Source of the DNA: Bosea sp. (in: a-proteobacteria)
GTDB taxonomy: Bacteria > Pseudomonadota > Alphaproteobacteria > Rhizobiales > Beijerinckiaceae
Assembly (NCBI GenBank): GCA_039808685.1
Contig: JBDHTM010000014.1
Location: 1,617 to 65,616 of the forward strand
Direction of reading: 5' to 3'
Length of the DNA stretch: 64,000 nucleotides
The notes below the pieces were generated by a model, which was not told where the DNA came from, searched no databases, and saw only the letters and a list, made by a program, of their open reading frames with translations. Below are positions 63,245-64,000 of the stretch, in pieces. A program made the translations under genes and the position numbers. The first letter of the stretch is position 1, and every line of letters begins with the position of its first letter.

Positions 63245-64000
63245 TCAGTCGATATCCTCGACCTCGACCGTCGTTCCGTAGACACGTTGCGCGAGCGACG
63301 CCTCCATGAAGGGATCGAGATCGCCGTCGAGCACCTCGGACGGCGCCGTCGAGCTGACGCCGGTGCGCAGGTCCTTCACCAGCTGGTAGGGCTGCAGCAC
63401 ATAGGAGCGGATCTGGTGACCCCAGCCGATATCGGTCTTGGAGGCCTGCTCGGCATTGGCCTTCTCTTCCCGCTTCTTCAGCTCGACCTCATAGAGGCGC
63501 GCGCGCAGCATCTCCCAGGCCTTGGCCCGGTTCTTGTGCTGCGAACGCTCCTGCTGGCAGGCCACCGCGATGCCGGTCGGGATATGCGTGATGCGCACCG
63601 CCGAATCCGTCGTGTTGATGTGCTGCCCGCCCGCGCCCTGCGCGCGGTAGGTGTCGATGCGGCAATCCGATTCCTTGACGTCGATGACGATGCGGTCGTC
63701 GACGACCGGATAGACCCAGACCGAAGCAAAGGAGGTCTGCCGCCTCGCATTCGAGTCGAAAGGCGAGATGCGCACGAGGCGATGCACGCCCGACTCGGTC
63801 TTCAGCCAGCCATAGGCGTTATGGCCCTTGAACTGAAGCGTCGCCGACTTGATGCCGGCCGTGTCGCCGTCCTGGTATTCGAGCGTCTCGACCTTGAACT
63901 TCCGCCGCTCGCCCCAGCGCCGATACATGCGCAGCAGCATCTCGGCCCAGTCCTGGCTTTCGGTGCCGCCCGCGCCGGGATGGATTTCGACATAGGTGTC
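63245..64000 (-). CDS. prfB: Peptide chain release factor 2, 5'-truncated by the window edge
   Basis: [22 protein letters not shown] (SPF), GAGGQH and [10 protein letters not shown]. The frame is open to base 64000. Confidence 0.96.
   Translation of the reverse strand, partial: DTYVEIHPGAGGTESQDWAEMLLRMYRRWGERRKFKVETLEYQDGDTAGIKSATLQFKGHNAYGWLKTESGVHRLVRISPFDSNARRQTSFASVWVYPVVDDRIVIDVKESDCRIDTYRAQGAGGQHINTTDSAVRITHIPTGIAVACQQERSQHKNRAKAWEMLRARLYEVELKKREEKANAEQASKTDIGWGHQIRSYVLQPYQLVKDLRTGVSSTAPSEVLDGDLDPFMEASLAQRVYGTTVEVEDID

Noticed and set aside
63245-64000. Programmed +1 frameshift of prfB
   Set aside because: The site would be near the 5' end of the gene, which lies outside this window.

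Overview
GC-rich alphaproteobacterial chromosome segment. Gene content and repeat style suggest Hyphomicrobiales, Bosea-like (inference). It is mostly core genome: a 5'-truncated copA, recX-arfB, mazG, hflX-hfq, dusB-ntrB-ntrC-ntrY-ntrX, ispDF-cinA, lipA, pdhABC-lpdA, an ftsB-like gene, tRNA-Lys(TTT), nnr, glnB-glnA, parE, a DEAD-box helicase, a GGDEF protein, a SUF Fe-S cluster, tyrS, an AsmA/YhdP-like gene, bcp, an M23 peptidase and a 5'-truncated prfB. I saw no CRISPR array, prophage, integrase or transposase, and I cannot claim a large new system. The best second-look signals are small. (1) A Pro-1 tautomerase gene is translationally coupled inside the suf operon, between sufD and sufS. 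(2) A perfect alphaproteobacterial LexA box sits 6 bp from an Irr ICE box upstream of the suf genes. (3) A decayed copper cluster (cueR, cusF and cupredoxin remnants, none called intact by the ORF track) follows copA. (4) A group of small proteins with EcfG-type promoters and a MITE-like palindrome lies beside tRNA-Lys. (5) There is an atypical Flp/TadE-like prepilin with a CtrA-like site. (6) GTCAT...ATGAC palindromic repeats occur in full, nested and collapsed forms. Product calls come from recognising motifs by eye, and start codons are estimates.
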